Positions 19,441 to 28,672 of a stretch of DNA of 64,000 nt are shown in pieces. How positions within the stretch are numbered: the stretch's first letter is position 1; each line of letters starts with the position of its first letter. Under the pieces are notes generated by a model. That model saw nothing but the letters and a program-made list of their open reading frames with translations, had not been told where the DNA came from and did not search any database. This DNA comes from Candidatus Latescibacterota bacterium (lineage in GTDB: Bacteria > Latescibacterota > UBA2968 > UBA8231), in NCBI GenBank assembly GCA_965217585.1, contig OZ244561.1:864001-928000 (forward strand), in the 5' to 3' direction. A program made the translations under genes and the position numbers.

Positions 19441-22400
19441 CTATTCCCGTTCAAAACCCTGGCTGGAGAACTTGAGCGTCCGGCTGTTCTCGGTGACGGT
19501 GCGCACGACGTGATCGGGCGCACCCGAGGGGATTTCGGCTTCTATCTCTAGGGTCACGGTCACTTTCGCACCTACCAAGCCGGAGAGATGGGCAATGACC
19601 TCATCGGCAATCTGGCTTGCGTCGCGGCCGACGCGGGTAGCATCGAGGGTCACGGCCCCGTGAAAGCGCCGCGCTTTCTGCTCAGGTGGGGGAGGCGTTG
19701 GCTCTGGATGGGTGCCGGTACCGGCCGACGCGCTGGCATTCGTCTCAGCGACGCCGACGCCCGCCCCGGTTGCCGATGACGCTGGCTCTGCCTCCTGCTG
19801 TGCGATCGCGGCTGCGGGCTTGACTAGCAGCCCATCGCTCGCAGGATCAAGCAGGGGGACCTCACGGCCACAGCGGAGTCCGCGATAGCGGCTCGTGGCT
19901 TCATCGAAGGCATCGGCATAAGCGAACGATTCATCTCTCCAGAGGAGAAGCCCCAACCCGTCTTGAATGGCTGCAATTAGGACCTCTGGACCAGCGAGAC
20001 GGGGCAGGTAGAGATAGCGGGCGAAGTGGTCTGCCAACTGGCGGATTTCTACGTGATCGCCACGCCACAAGGGCACCCGGTCGAGTTCCATTCGCAGGCG
20101 CGTGCCCGCGAGCGCCGGTACCAACAGCTCTTCCGACCGCAGTTTCTTGCTGGCGCGCACGGCGAGCGGGTCCTGCCCAGCCAGCCGCAGAGCCTGCCAC
20201 TCGACTGCCGCTTGGGGTGTGGACTGCACTGGCACTAGGAGCCACTGGTAGGCCTCCGGCAGCCGTCCCACCACGGCACCATCCTCCGACTTCAACTGTG
20301 CTTCGGCCTGCCGCACCTGATGCGGGTCGAGGTTCAGGGTCTCTTTGTCTTGGAGGATGGACGACCACGCCAACCAGCGACGAACCGCTTCATCCAGGTC
20401 CTGCAAGCGGGTCTGGTCCACGGCGAGGAAGACCAGCGTATTGCGAAAGAGGCGCGGGGTGTTGCCGCGATTTTCAAGTATGGCGGTGGCCGCGGCCTGC
20501 GCCTTGCTGTTCGACCCGCTGCTGTGCGGGTGCTCAGTCCCCAGCACCACCAGACGAGCGTCCATATCGTCGGGGATGTCAGCGCCGGATTGCGGCACCG
20601 TATGGATGCGCTGGAAATCGCCCGTGCTGCGTAAATCGGCACGCAACCGCTGCTCGATCTCAGCCACCACCGGCGCGGGATCGCGCCTGAATTGATCGGC
20701 CCGGTCTTCCGCCAGCTTAGTGACAGTCGGCTGTGTTGAGTACCAGTAGCGCGGGCCATCCTGATAGAGAAAGGTCGCCTGCGTGCTCAGACGACGCAGG
20801 GCATCGCCAAAGATCGCCGGTGTTTCACCCGGCATTGCGGAGCCGAGCTTTATGCGGCGGTCCTCAATGCCGCGATTGGCTACCGAGGTCGTCGGTGCAG
20901 AGCCGAGGTACACGGTGCGCGCCACCCGACGAGTCGCCGAGAACTTGCCTAGGTTCGCCACCTCGCCGTCAATGTGCTGCGGCAGCGCATTCGGGCCATC
21001 CACATCCGCCTCGATGATCGGCGTCCAGTTGTCGGACAGATAGCGGGTCAACTCGTTGCGGACGTGCAGGTCGTCGATGGGGATGTGCGCTGGCATGATC
21101 AGCGGGTTGCGGTCGCCGCGTTCCCACAGACTGTGGATGACCGCGGCCATCAGACGCAGGACGCCACGGGTGCGCTGAAATTTCACTAGTGCGGACCAGT
21201 CCGTGTAGAGCCGGTCAAAGACCTCGGGATGGATTGGATAGGCGGCACGCAGGCGACGCTCGTAGTCGGCATCTCGACATTCGGCAGGGAACTCCTGCTG
21301 CTGGGCGCGGTAGAAGTCGGCGAAGGTGCGTGAGACATTGTCGCGGGCCGTGAATTGCTCGCGCTCGCTCAAGGGTTCAAATAGGCGGCGGCGCACGATC
21401 TCGAAGCCTTCTTCGGTACTCGCCGGCGTCCATGAGGATTCGACGCGGCCAATGACATTCTTGAGCCGCGCCAGCGCCGCCCGGCCACGGAGGCCACCGA
21501 CTTCCTCGTCTTCACCTTGGGCATGGGGGGAGGTCGCCGTATCCGATGACGGCAAGCTGATCACCAGCAGGCAACAATTCGCCGCCCGCGCGGATTCGGT
21601 CAAGGTCTGGGCAAAGCTGAAGTGGGTTTCAAAACTGCCGGCTGGCAGGTCTGCGTCGTCGTGCAACTGGCGGGCGTAGGCAACCCATTCGTCGATCAGA
21701 ATGAGGCACGGGCCGTATTCGTTCATCAGTTCGCGGAGGATGTCGCCTGGGTTGGTGGCGCGCTCGTCGTCTTGTCGCACTTTGTCGAATGCCGCTTTGC
21801 CGCCGAGTTGCCAAGCGAGTTCGCCCCACAGCGTCCTGACCAAGGTGCCGTCGTCTTTTGCCGACGGGTTGCCGGGCGAGATCTTGTTGCCGACCAGCAC
21901 GACTCGTTTGACGTGGTCGGGCCGTGCGGCGATTTCGGTTGACGCGATCAGGTCGTCGATGCCGAGCAACTCGCCGGTTGGCATTCCAGAGAATAGATGG
22001 TACAGGGCTAGCATCGAGTGGGTCTTGCCGCCACCGAAGTTGGTCTGTAGTTCCACCACTGGATCGCCGCCCTGACTGCTCAGCCGCTGCATCGCTCCGC
22101 TGAGCAGGCTCTTCAGGCTCTCCGTCAGATAGGTGCGGCGAAAAAACTCCGCTGGGTTGCGGTACTCGTCCGTGCCTTCACCGATATGGACCTGCCACAG
22201 GTCCGCGGCGAACTCGGCCTGCTGGTAGCCGCCGCTGGCCACGTCGCGATGCGGGGCCACGACCTCGCGCCAGGGCTTCAGGCTGCCGGTGGCTTGGCTC
22301 TCAACGGTGGTGCCCGCGCCGCGCCGGCGTTCGCTGCGCGCCTGCTCCTCAAAGACCAGACGGCGCAGTTCCATCTTCATGCGATTGACCTCGTCTGCTT

Positions 22401-22779
22401 GCGATGCGGAAACGGCCGTCAGCAGGCGGGCGACGGAGTCGAGAGTGCGGTCGGCGTCATCGCTGGAGAAGCTGTCTTGGTGCGCCCACTTGTTGCGCTG
22501 GTCGCGGATTTCGTTGACGAGGCTGCGCTCGGCACGGCCCAGTACAGTGCGGAACACGTCGTTCCACGTTTCCCACATTAGCTTGAGGAGTGCGGCTACG
22601 TCCCACTGCTCTATGGGCTTGTCCGTCAGGTGTGGATCATCGACAAAGCGCCGGATCGTGTCCATATGTACGCCACCGGCCTTGATTTTGTCTTGGAGTT
22701 CGCGCTCGACAAATGGGCCAAGCCCGGCCTTGAGGAGTTCGAGTGCTTTGCCGACGCGTTCTTGATTGGTAATAGCCAT
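19441..22779 (-). CDS. DUF499 AAA+ ATPase with N-terminal Swt1-like HEPN domain
   Basis: RNKWAH (Rx4H) HEPN motif; PWREVVAPHRDV, EFAADL; Walker A QTNFGGGKTH; Walker B LILIDEW; YPIHPE, FQRTRGVLRL. Confidence 0.9.
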   Translation of the reverse strand: MAITNQERVGKALELLKAGLGPFVERELQDKIKAGGVHMDTIRRFVDDPHLTDKPIEQWDVAALLKLMWETWNDVFRTVLGRAERSLVNEIRDQRNKWAHQDSFSSDDADRTLDSVARLLTAVSASQADEVNRMKMELRRLVFEEQARSERRRGAGTTVESQATGSLKPWREVVAPHRDVASGGYQQAEFAADLWQVHIGEGTDEYRNPAEFFRRTYLTESLKSLLSGAMQRLSSQGGDPVVELQTNFGGGKTHSMLALYHLFSGMPTGELLGIDDLIASTEIAARPDHVKRVVLVGNKISPGNPSAKDDGTLVRTLWGELAWQLGGKAAFDKVRQDDERATNPGDILRELMNEYGPCLILIDEWVAYARQLHDDADLPAGSFETHFSFAQTLTESARAANCCLLVISLPSSDTATSPHAQGEDEEVGGLRGRAALARLKNVIGRVESSWTPASTEEGFEIVRRRLFEPLSEREQFTARDNVSRTFADFYRAQQQEFPAECRDADYERRLRAAYPIHPEVFDRLYTDWSALVKFQRTRGVLRLMAAVIHSLWERGDRNPLIMPAHIPIDDLHVRNELTRYLSDNWTPIIEADVDGPNALPQHIDGEVANLGKFSATRRVARTVYLGSAPTTSVANRGIEDRRIKLGSAMPGETPAIFGDALRRLSTQATFLYQDGPRYWYSTQPTVTKLAEDRADQFRRDPAPVVAEIEQRLRADLRSTGDFQRIHTVPQSGADIPDDMDARLVVLGTEHPHSSGSNSKAQAAATAILENRGNTPRLFRNTLVFLAVDQTRLQDLDEAVRRWLAWSSILQDKETLNLDPHQVRQAEAQLKSEDGAVVGRLPEAYQWLLVPVQSTPQAAVEWQALRLAGQDPLAVRASKKLRSEELLVPALAGTRLRMELDRVPLWRGDHVEIRQLADHFARYLYLPRLAGPEVLIAAIQDGLGLLLWRDESFAYADAFDEATSRYRGLRCGREVPLLDPASDGLLVKPAAAIAQQEAEPASSATGAGVGVAETNASASAGTGTHPEPTPPPPEQKARRFHGAVTLDATRVGRDASQIADEVIAHLSGLVGAKVTVTLEIEAEIPSGAPDHVVRTVTENSRTLKFSSQGFERE

Positions 22780-22867
22780 GTCTTATTCCTTATAAATAGC
22801 TCTTGGTCGCCGTGCGACAGATTGCGCTCGTCCACGGTCCAAGTTGAGTTTCTTGGAGCCGAGGACG

Positions 22868-22912
22868 CAAACGAAGAAGTGAAGCATAGTCAGTATTTGC
22901 AAGTCTTGGCAA
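22868..22912 (-). promoter_or_regulatory. Sigma70-like promoter for the DUF499-SNF2 unit (copy 1 of a duplicated element)
   Basis: Minus strand TTGCCA-18 nt-TATGCT; 20-nt core 22885-22904 matches 30316-30335 at 19/20. Confidence 0.65.
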
Positions 22913-23110
22913 TAGGACTTGACCGTAAAAACGAAAAGGCTAGCCCAGAGTTCACTGGGTGGATTTTTAGAGAGTACGCAGAAGGGTTGGCTTCCGCGGC
23001 GAAGGTACTTTGCTAATCCCTAAAGGTTTCACTCATGGGTTGTGTCCGATACAGGCGAACCCGGCACGGCCCTGGCCTCCCCGCTGTGCTTCGGCCTTGG
23101 CATGGATATT

Positions 23111-23187
23111 GCAATTAGGAATTACGAATAGCCCCAACCGACCCTCGTCCGGTTCGGACGGCTTGGTACGCTCTAATTCCTAATTGC
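23111..23187. repeat. 14-bp perfect inverted repeat enclosing a small hairpin, upstream of the Rpn gene
   Basis: GCAATTAGGAATTA (23111-23124) / TAATTCCTAATTGC (23174-23187); internal CGTCCG-GTT-CGGACG. Confidence 0.75.
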
Positions 23188-23199
23188 CAATAGATCGCC

Positions 23200-24108
23200 A
23201 TGGCCGAATTCGATACCATCTCCAAGCACTTCATCCACACCTACCCGGCCGACTTCGTCCGCTTCGCCCTCCAGCGCGATGACATCGAAGTCGTCGAAGT
23301 GCTGGACACTGAGCAACCTACGGTCGAAGTGCGCCGTACAGACAGCCTCCTCCGCATACGCATCGCTGGCGAGGACGCCTTAGTCCACCACGAATTTCAA
23401 ACCACCGACCACCCGGCCATGCCCCGCCGCATGGCCGGCTACATCGGCCGCAGTATCGAGCACTACGGCCTGCCGGTGTACGCCCACGTCCTCTACCTGC
23501 GCCCGGCCTCCGGGCGACGTGACCCAGGGTACTATATTCAAGAGCATCCAGACTATCCGGTCGTGATCCGCTACAAAGTGATCCGCCTGAGCCAGCTCGC
23601 CGGTCAAGCCGTGCTCGACTGCGAGTTTGTGGGCTTGCTGCCCTTTGCGCCGTTGATGCAGCCGCCAGCCGGTCAGACCGAGGCGGCGTGGTTAGAGCAG
23701 TGTGTGGCACGGGCGGCAGCCCTGCCGCTGGATCGGTCGGTCAAGGCCGATTTTCTCGCGGGGCTGGCGATTTTGAGTGGGTTGGTGTATAATCCGCAGA
23801 CGATCATGGCCATTGTTTCCAAGGAGAACCTCATGGACCTCATCCGCGAATCCTCCTTTGCCCAGTACCTCGCCGAAAATGCCCGTGAGGAGGGAATCAA
23901 GCAAGGCATTGAGCAAGGCATTGAGCAAGGGATCCAAGAAAGCATCCAAGAAGTGTTGGCCCTGCGCTTTCAGCCGGAGGATATGCACTTGTTGGCCAGT
24001 CGCATTGGGGCCATTGACGATGTGCAGCGCCTCAAGCAGTTGCATCGGGCGGCCATCCAGATGCCCAGTCTCGCAGCCTTCAGGCGTCTGTTAAACGCCG
24101 ACGAGTAG
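23200..24108 (+). CDS. Rpn/YadD-like (recombination-promoting nuclease / putative transposase) PD-(D/E)XK protein
   Basis: FDTISK, RRTDSLL, HHEFQT, MPRRMAGY, LLPFAPLM; C-terminal EEGIKQGIEQGIEQG repeats and LALRF tail. Confidence 0.8.
   Translation: MAEFDTISKHFIHTYPADFVRFALQRDDIEVVEVLDTEQPTVEVRRTDSLLRIRIAGEDALVHHEFQTTDHPAMPRRMAGYIGRSIEHYGLPVYAHVLYLRPASGRRDPGYYIQEHPDYPVVIRYKVIRLSQLAGQAVLDCEFVGLLPFAPLMQPPAGQTEAAWLEQCVARAAALPLDRSVKADFLAGLAILSGLVYNPQTIMAIVSKENLMDLIRESSFAQYLAENAREEGIKQGIEQGIEQGIQESIQEVLALRFQPEDMHLLASRIGAIDDVQRLKQLHRAAIQMPSLAAFRRLLNADE
23833..24108 (+). CDS. Putative internally initiated 91-aa C-terminal protein (RpnS-type intragenic antitoxin)
   Basis: AAGGAG at 23821-23826, then 6 nt, then in-frame ATG 23833 (Met212). 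Confidence 0.6.
   Translation: MDLIRESSFAQYLAENAREEGIKQGIEQGIEQGIQESIQEVLALRFQPEDMHLLASRIGAIDDVQRLKQLHRAAIQMPSLAAFRRLLNADE
23900..23953 (+). repeat. 12-nt coding tandem repeats (QGIE/ESIQ units)
   Basis: AGCAAGGCATTG x~2.6, then ATCCAAGAAAGC-ATCCAAGAAG. Confidence 0.8.
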
Positions 24109-24151
24109 GCCCGCCGCGTAACCCGCCCGCCCGAGCCATAGGTCCGCGCAC

Positions 24152-24238
24152 CCAAGGGATCACCACAAAACGCGCACCTGTCCTGCCTAAAGGCAGGGTG
24201 AAGCTGGCGTGACATATAGTTTTGTTAGGGCCTCTTAG
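24152..24238. mobile_element. MITE-like element (copy 1)
   Basis: Right end AGTTTTGTTAGGGCCTCTTAG is identical to 51883-51903; degenerate left end CCAAGGGATCACCACAAAAC; internal hairpin CCTGCC-TAAA-GGCAGG. Confidence 0.6.
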
Positions 24239-24272
24239 GTGCAGATGTATCAACCACGCATCTTTCTGGCAT
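24239..24272 (-). pseudogene. N-terminal remnant of a PIN (DUF3368-like) toxin truncated at the MITE
   Basis: Minus strand ATG CCA GAA AGA TGC GTG GTT GAT ACA TCT GCA = MPERCVVDTSA, overlapping the end of UPF0175, then running into the MITE end. Confidence 0.55.
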
Positions 24273-24525
24273 TCTCGAAGTCCTTTTTTAACTCTTCACG
24301 AGTTAGATTCGCAACAGGAACTTTGTACGACTTCAAAATATCAAAAAAAGCCACTCTACCTAGGCCGGCGAGTTCTGCGGCCCGTCCTGAGGATAGGCGA
24401 CCAATTTCATAGAGCTTTGCTGCCAAAAGTATTCGTGCTTCCTGTGCAAATTCATCAGGGGTTTCTTTTAGCGCATCTAGAATGTTGGCGGGGCATTCAA
24501 TTTTTATAGACGTCATCTTCGGCAT
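24250..24525 (-). CDS. UPF0175 family putative antitoxin
   Basis: LAAKLYEIGRLSSGRAAELAGLGRVAFFDIL HTH signature; start likely 24525 or 24516. Confidence 0.85.
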   Translation of the reverse strand: MPKMTSIKIECPANILDALKETPDEFAQEARILLAAKLYEIGRLSSGRAAELAGLGRVAFFDILKSYKVPVANLTREELKKDFENARKMRG

Positions 24526-24569
24526 GGTGCTTGCCCTTGGTCTTGTTGTGTAGCTTGCGTTCGACAAAC

Positions 24570-24980
24570 TTATTCAGCGGTTGTGCGCCGCTCAAACTCG
24601 GCTGCTATCGAGTTGTAAACCTCTCGTGCCTGCGACACCGCCTGTTCGGCATCAGTCGCTGTGGCCTCTTGCCAATCGCCTGGATACCGTGCCTCGACAG
24701 CCCATTCCGTCAATTGAGCAAGATCAGTGTGTGTACGCCGCACCGACCAAGTATCTGGGAGAAGGTTGCGCAAGGCATCTAGGTCGTGTCGGAACGGAAA
24801 GTCTATTCCCTCCAGTACCAGTGCTGCCTTCAACGCCTTTTCTGCAGCTTGCTGGGAGAGGAAACAGGCGTGACGAGGGGAGGACCCATCCGCTGCTAGC
24901 AAGCGTTGTGCAGCATCGATATCCTCCGTCGCGAAACGAAGCCAGCGGCGAGCTTCGTCAACTAGTTCAGGGGCGTTCAT
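24570..24980 (-). CDS. HEPN domain protein (toxin of MNT-HEPN pair)
   Basis: WLRFATEDIDAA, ACFLSQQAAEKALKA, FPFRHDL, EARYPG. Confidence 0.9.
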   Translation of the reverse strand: MNAPELVDEARRWLRFATEDIDAAQRLLAADGSSPRHACFLSQQAAEKALKAALVLEGIDFPFRHDLDALRNLLPDTWSVRRTHTDLAQLTEWAVEARYPGDWQEATATDAEQAVSQAREVYNSIAAEFERRTTAE

Positions 24981-25293
24981 AGAGAACCTTCCCTTCGCGG
25001 AGAGCTGAACGCAACACGGTTCCCACGAGATGCCCGCGACGAGCGACTTCTTCGGGAGTCGCTACCACTATGTCCTTGCAGACTGGCAGATCGCCCAAGG
25101 CCCGGCGGATCTCGATAGCCGTGTGCCGCTTGTCGGACACATTGGGCAGAATTACGAGCAGGTCCACGTCGCTCCATTCGGTTGCCGTGCCCCGTGCATG
25201 GGACCCGAAGAGGACGACCCGCGAAGGCTGGAAGCCTCTCACGATGCGGTCCACCATAGTTGATATGAATGTTTCCGATGCGGCTACGTTCAT
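24967..25293 (-). CDS. Minimal nucleotidyltransferase (MNT) antitoxin
   Basis: [10 protein letters not shown]...SDVDLLV; EGKVLY C-terminus; overlaps the HEPN start. Confidence 0.9.
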   Translation of the reverse strand: MNVAASETFISTMVDRIVRGFQPSRVVLFGSHARGTATEWSDVDLLVILPNVSDKRHTAIEIRRALGDLPVCKDIVVATPEEVARRGHLVGTVLRSALREGKVLYERP

Positions 25294-28196
25294 GTTGCAC
25301 CTCCCGCAGCTCCATCACCGAACAGCCCGCCCTGTTCGAGCGGTGCCTCCTGCCGCTCCTTGCGCGCCAGATCGGCGATTTCGGGCCAGCTCTGTACCAG
25401 GCTGTTGTAGGAGAGGGCTTCGGCGGCGCGGCGCTTGCGTTCGCAGATGGTGTAGAGGCGGTAGGCCAGTTCGCGGGCGATGTCGGCGGATGCGCCGAGT
25501 TGGGCCTCGACCCGCGCTGCTTCTGGCTCGCCGCCGGTTTCTAAGGCGCGGATTAGGTGGTGGACTGCTTCCCACACGGTGAGCCGGTCGTCGGTGGTTG
25601 GGTCCCAGTCGTCGGCTAACTCGTCTGGGCGCAGCAGGCGCACCTTGCCGGCGCTGGAGGCGAGGATGCCGCCTTCGACGATGCCGGCGATGCTGGTGTT
25701 TTTGGCTTTGGACAGGGTTTCGGCGACGCCGTATTCGCCTTCGTCGAAGCCTTGCTGCTCGAACCACGCCAAGGCCCAGCGGCTGTCGGCGTCAAAGTCG
25801 CCTTCCTGCTCGGCGAGCACTTCGTCGAGTAGCTGGTTGATGAGCGCTAGGGCCTCGCGCACCGAGACGGGATTGCCCTCGGCGTCGAGCACTTTGGCGT
25901 AGCGGGTGAATACCGCCATGCCGGGGCCGATGGCGGCTTGGGCGAGATCGACTGGGGCGATGTTGCCGGATTGCAGGTGGGCGAGGGCAGTGGGGAGCTC
26001 GGCCCTCAACGCGGCGACGAATTCGCGGCGGGTGGCCATTGGCGCATCGGCAGGGCGTTGGCGGCAGACGAGGACGATGCTGGAGGCGAGGGCGTTCTGT
26101 TCAAAGGCTCGGAGTCCCTTCGGTTGTTCAGTCCGCATCGGCCAAGTGCCGGTGACGGAGAAGCCTGACTGAATGACTGCGGCTAGGAAAGTCTCCCAGC
26201 CGGTGCTAGCAGTGCCGGTTTCGCCTTTGGTCTCGGACTGCTTGAAGGCATAGTAGATGGTGACAGGAAAACTGGGATGAGATTGTTCCGAAAGGCGGCG
26301 CATCGCCTGTGTCATACCGTCGAGGAAGAAGGTCTCTGCCGCGTCCTTACTCCCGTGTCGGTACGGGGTTGCCACCAACTCTTCGGCCTTCGGAACGGCG
26401 AGCGTAGCGAAGAGATCAGGAAACACCGGTTTTAGAGAGTGGCGCAGCCAGACGTAGAAAAAGTCCGACAGATCAGCGTAGACGATGTTGTCGTAATACG
26501 GAGGGTCGGTAGAGATGACTTTCGCGTCGGAGATTGTTTGGTTAACCGCATCCTCTTGGGAAGCTACAGAGGGGATCAACCGATTGAACTGCTTATCTAC
26601 GACTTCGCAAACAGACTTGACCGTTCCGAAGATATCGCCACCGGCACCTGCAAGTGGATTGGTCTCAGCGAAATCCCAGACCATTGGCAAAGCCTGTCTG
26701 CCGAATGTTGCGACAAGCCTGTCCATTCTGTGCTCCCATATACAAAGGCTCGTATTCCGATTGCAACCCTTACTCTGGGCAAACGCCAGATACACACCCA
26801 TCGCCTCGGCATACGCCATCGCGCCAGCACCCTCATTCCGTAGCGGTCGTACGTCATTGGGCAAATCGGCGCTGGCGGCATCCTGCTTGACGCGCTCCAT
26901 TGCTTCCGTTACCAAGTCGGAGAAGGTAGTCAGGGCGACCAGTTGGCGGGGGGTGAAGAGGTCTGCAAAGGTACTCATGCCGTAGAGAGGGAGCTGATCT
27001 CGACACTTACCGATTAATTCATTATCCGGCCGCCACTCTGGCGTCGCTTGGTCTGCAACCGCCTCCTGATCTGGCCTCGGCGCAAGATAAACCCTGCCCC
27101 GATCTCCCCCGACCACGATCGCCATTAGCCGTGCCCCCATCCGCCCGGCCTGCCCCTCGGCCTTGATATAGCCCCCTGCAATCGGTGTCCCCGACATCAC
27201 GCAGCGGAAGTTTGCTCCTCGCGCCAGCTTGGTCCCCACCTTCGCCGCCTCCGCATCCTCCGGCGTTCCCACCTTCACCACAAACCGATACCCACGCCCC
27301 TCAATCACCGGCTCGACATACGCCTCCTTCCCCTTCTTCGTCGAAAGCATAAAGGTCGCGGCCAGCGGAACCTCCACATCGGCAAACGCCGGATTCGGGC
27401 TTCTCACCGTCCGCGCCCACAGCCATGCAATCACCGTCAGCTTGCGCCCCTTGTATCGTTCAAGATCGGGCCGCTCCCGCACCATCTCCTCGGTAATCTC
27501 AACCTGCGGATACAGATGCCCAATGCGCCGCTTGGCCTCGTCGCGCATCCACTGGCCATAGTAGCGCACATCCTCGGCTAGCCCCTGCGCCCCCTTCCAT
27601 TCGCGCTCGATCAGACTCCTTTCCTCGCGGGACACCGGATTCACCGGCGACTGACCGGCGAACTTCGGCGGTATCTCGATCATGGCCTTGTTGATGAGCA
27701 CTGCCACCGGATTGAGGTCGCTGGCATGAGCCTCAAGCCCCAACCGCTGCGCTTCCAACGGCAAGGCACCGCCGCCAGCAAACGGATCGTGAAAGGCCGG
27801 CAGCTTGTCCGGGTCGAACAGTTCGGCAGCGCGCGGATGATCGGCATGGTCGGCACAGGTTCGCCGCCAACTCTTGCGAATCTCCGTCCGCGCCCGTTCC
27901 AGCACCTTCTCGTTAGTGGTGTTTTCCCACTTCACCAATTCTTCGATGAGGCGAAACAGCCGCTCGCGCTCCTTTTCCTGGTCGGCCTCCGTAGGGAACA
28001 GATCGGGGCTGGCCGACGGATCATCGACCATCTGCGCAAAAATCACCGCCCGCGCCGCCGCCAACGGCCGCCGCGCCCACCACAAATGCAGCGTACTCGG
28101 ATGCCCGTGCCGAATCGACTTCTCCCGCGCCGACGCGGCATTGATCGCGTCGAGCGGCAGGGCGACTTCAATGAGCTTTTTGCGGGGAGCCGTCAT
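25290..28196 (-). CDS. DUF1156 adenine-specific DNA methyltransferase
   Basis: [24 protein letters not shown]; motif [11 protein letters not shown]; motif [11 protein letters not shown]; ATG 28196 overlaps the upstream stop (ATGA). Confidence 0.9.
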   Translation of the reverse strand: MTAPRKKLIEVALPLDAINAASAREKSIRHGHPSTLHLWWARRPLAAARAVIFAQMVDDPSASPDLFPTEADQEKERERLFRLIEELVKWENTTNEKVLERARTEIRKSWRRTCADHADHPRAAELFDPDKLPAFHDPFAGGGALPLEAQRLGLEAHASDLNPVAVLINKAMIEIPPKFAGQSPVNPVSREERSLIEREWKGAQGLAEDVRYYGQWMRDEAKRRIGHLYPQVEITEEMVRERPDLERYKGRKLTVIAWLWARTVRSPNPAFADVEVPLAATFMLSTKKGKEAYVEPVIEGRGYRFVVKVGTPEDAEAAKVGTKLARGANFRCVMSGTPIAGGYIKAEGQAGRMGARLMAIVVGGDRGRVYLAPRPDQEAVADQATPEWRPDNELIGKCRDQLPLYGMSTFADLFTPRQLVALTTFSDLVTEAMERVKQDAASADLPNDVRPLRNEGAGAMAYAEAMGVYLAFAQSKGCNRNTSLCIWEHRMDRLVATFGRQALPMVWDFAETNPLAGAGGDIFGTVKSVCEVVDKQFNRLIPSVASQEDAVNQTISDAKVISTDPPYYDNIVYADLSDFFYVWLRHSLKPVFPDLFATLAVPKAEELVATPYRHGSKDAAETFFLDGMTQAMRRLSEQSHPSFPVTIYYAFKQSETKGETGTASTGWETFLAAVIQSGFSVTGTWPMRTEQPKGLRAFEQNALASSIVLVCRQRPADAPMATRREFVAALRAELPTALAHLQSGNIAPVDLAQAAIGPGMAVFTRYAKVLDAEGNPVSVREALALINQLLDEVLAEQEGDFDADSRWALAWFEQQGFDEGEYGVAETLSKAKNTSIAGIVEGGILASSAGKVRLLRPDELADDWDPTTDDRLTVWEAVHHLIRALETGGEPEAARVEAQLGASADIARELAYRLYTICERKRRAAEALSYNSLVQSWPEIADLARKERQEAPLEQGGLFGDGAAGGAT

Positions 28197-28672
28197 GTGC
28201 CGAGCGCCTTGGTCAACTGTTCTTTGCACTTGATCAACCGGACGGGCTCGGCAGTTCCATGAAACCGCACTTGGTTGTGCTTGGCCTTCAATGCGTTCCG
28301 TTCCGCCGTATGGATACCACCGCCGTAGGCCACGACAGGGCGGAAGTTGACAGCCATCGTATTAGGGATAAGCTGTTCGGCGGCGTGGGCTCCCGCTTTG
28401 AGTTGTCGGACGATTCCGCTGGTGTCCAATTGGCCTTTCTTCAACTCCAGCGGCACGACCCAGCCGGGCTTGCTATGATCCTCGGCGACGAACAGGTAGT
28501 CGCAGCGTGTCTGATTCTTACCCAGTGGCGAGCCCTGTTCGTCGAAATCGATTACTAGGCGTGGTTGCGGCGCATCTTTTAGCGACACCGAGCATCCTTC
28601 CTTCTTGATACCTCTGTTTTCAATACACGTATTATTAACCTTCCCGCGAACCATTCCCACCAATCCCGTCAT
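28193..28672 (-). CDS. Small hypothetical protein, PD-(D/E)XK nuclease-like, partner of the ABC-type ATPase
   Basis: RCDYLFV...VPLELKKG...RQL motif; ATGA-coupled to both neighbours. Confidence 0.6.
   Translation of the reverse strand: MTGLVGMVRGKVNNTCIENRGIKKEGCSVSLKDAPQPRLVIDFDEQGSPLGKNQTRCDYLFVAEDHSKPGWVVPLELKKGQLDTSGIVRQLKAGAHAAEQLIPNTMAVNFRPVVAYGGGIHTAERNALKAKHNQVRFHGTAEPVRLIKCKEQLTKALGT

Noticed and set aside
19434-19523. N-terminal extension of the SNF2 ORF in the ORF track
   Set aside because: Overlaps the DUF499 gene in another frame; GTG 19433 fits better
22630-23016. 128-aa plus-strand ORF
   Set aside because: Overlaps the DUF499 start and its promoter; no motifs
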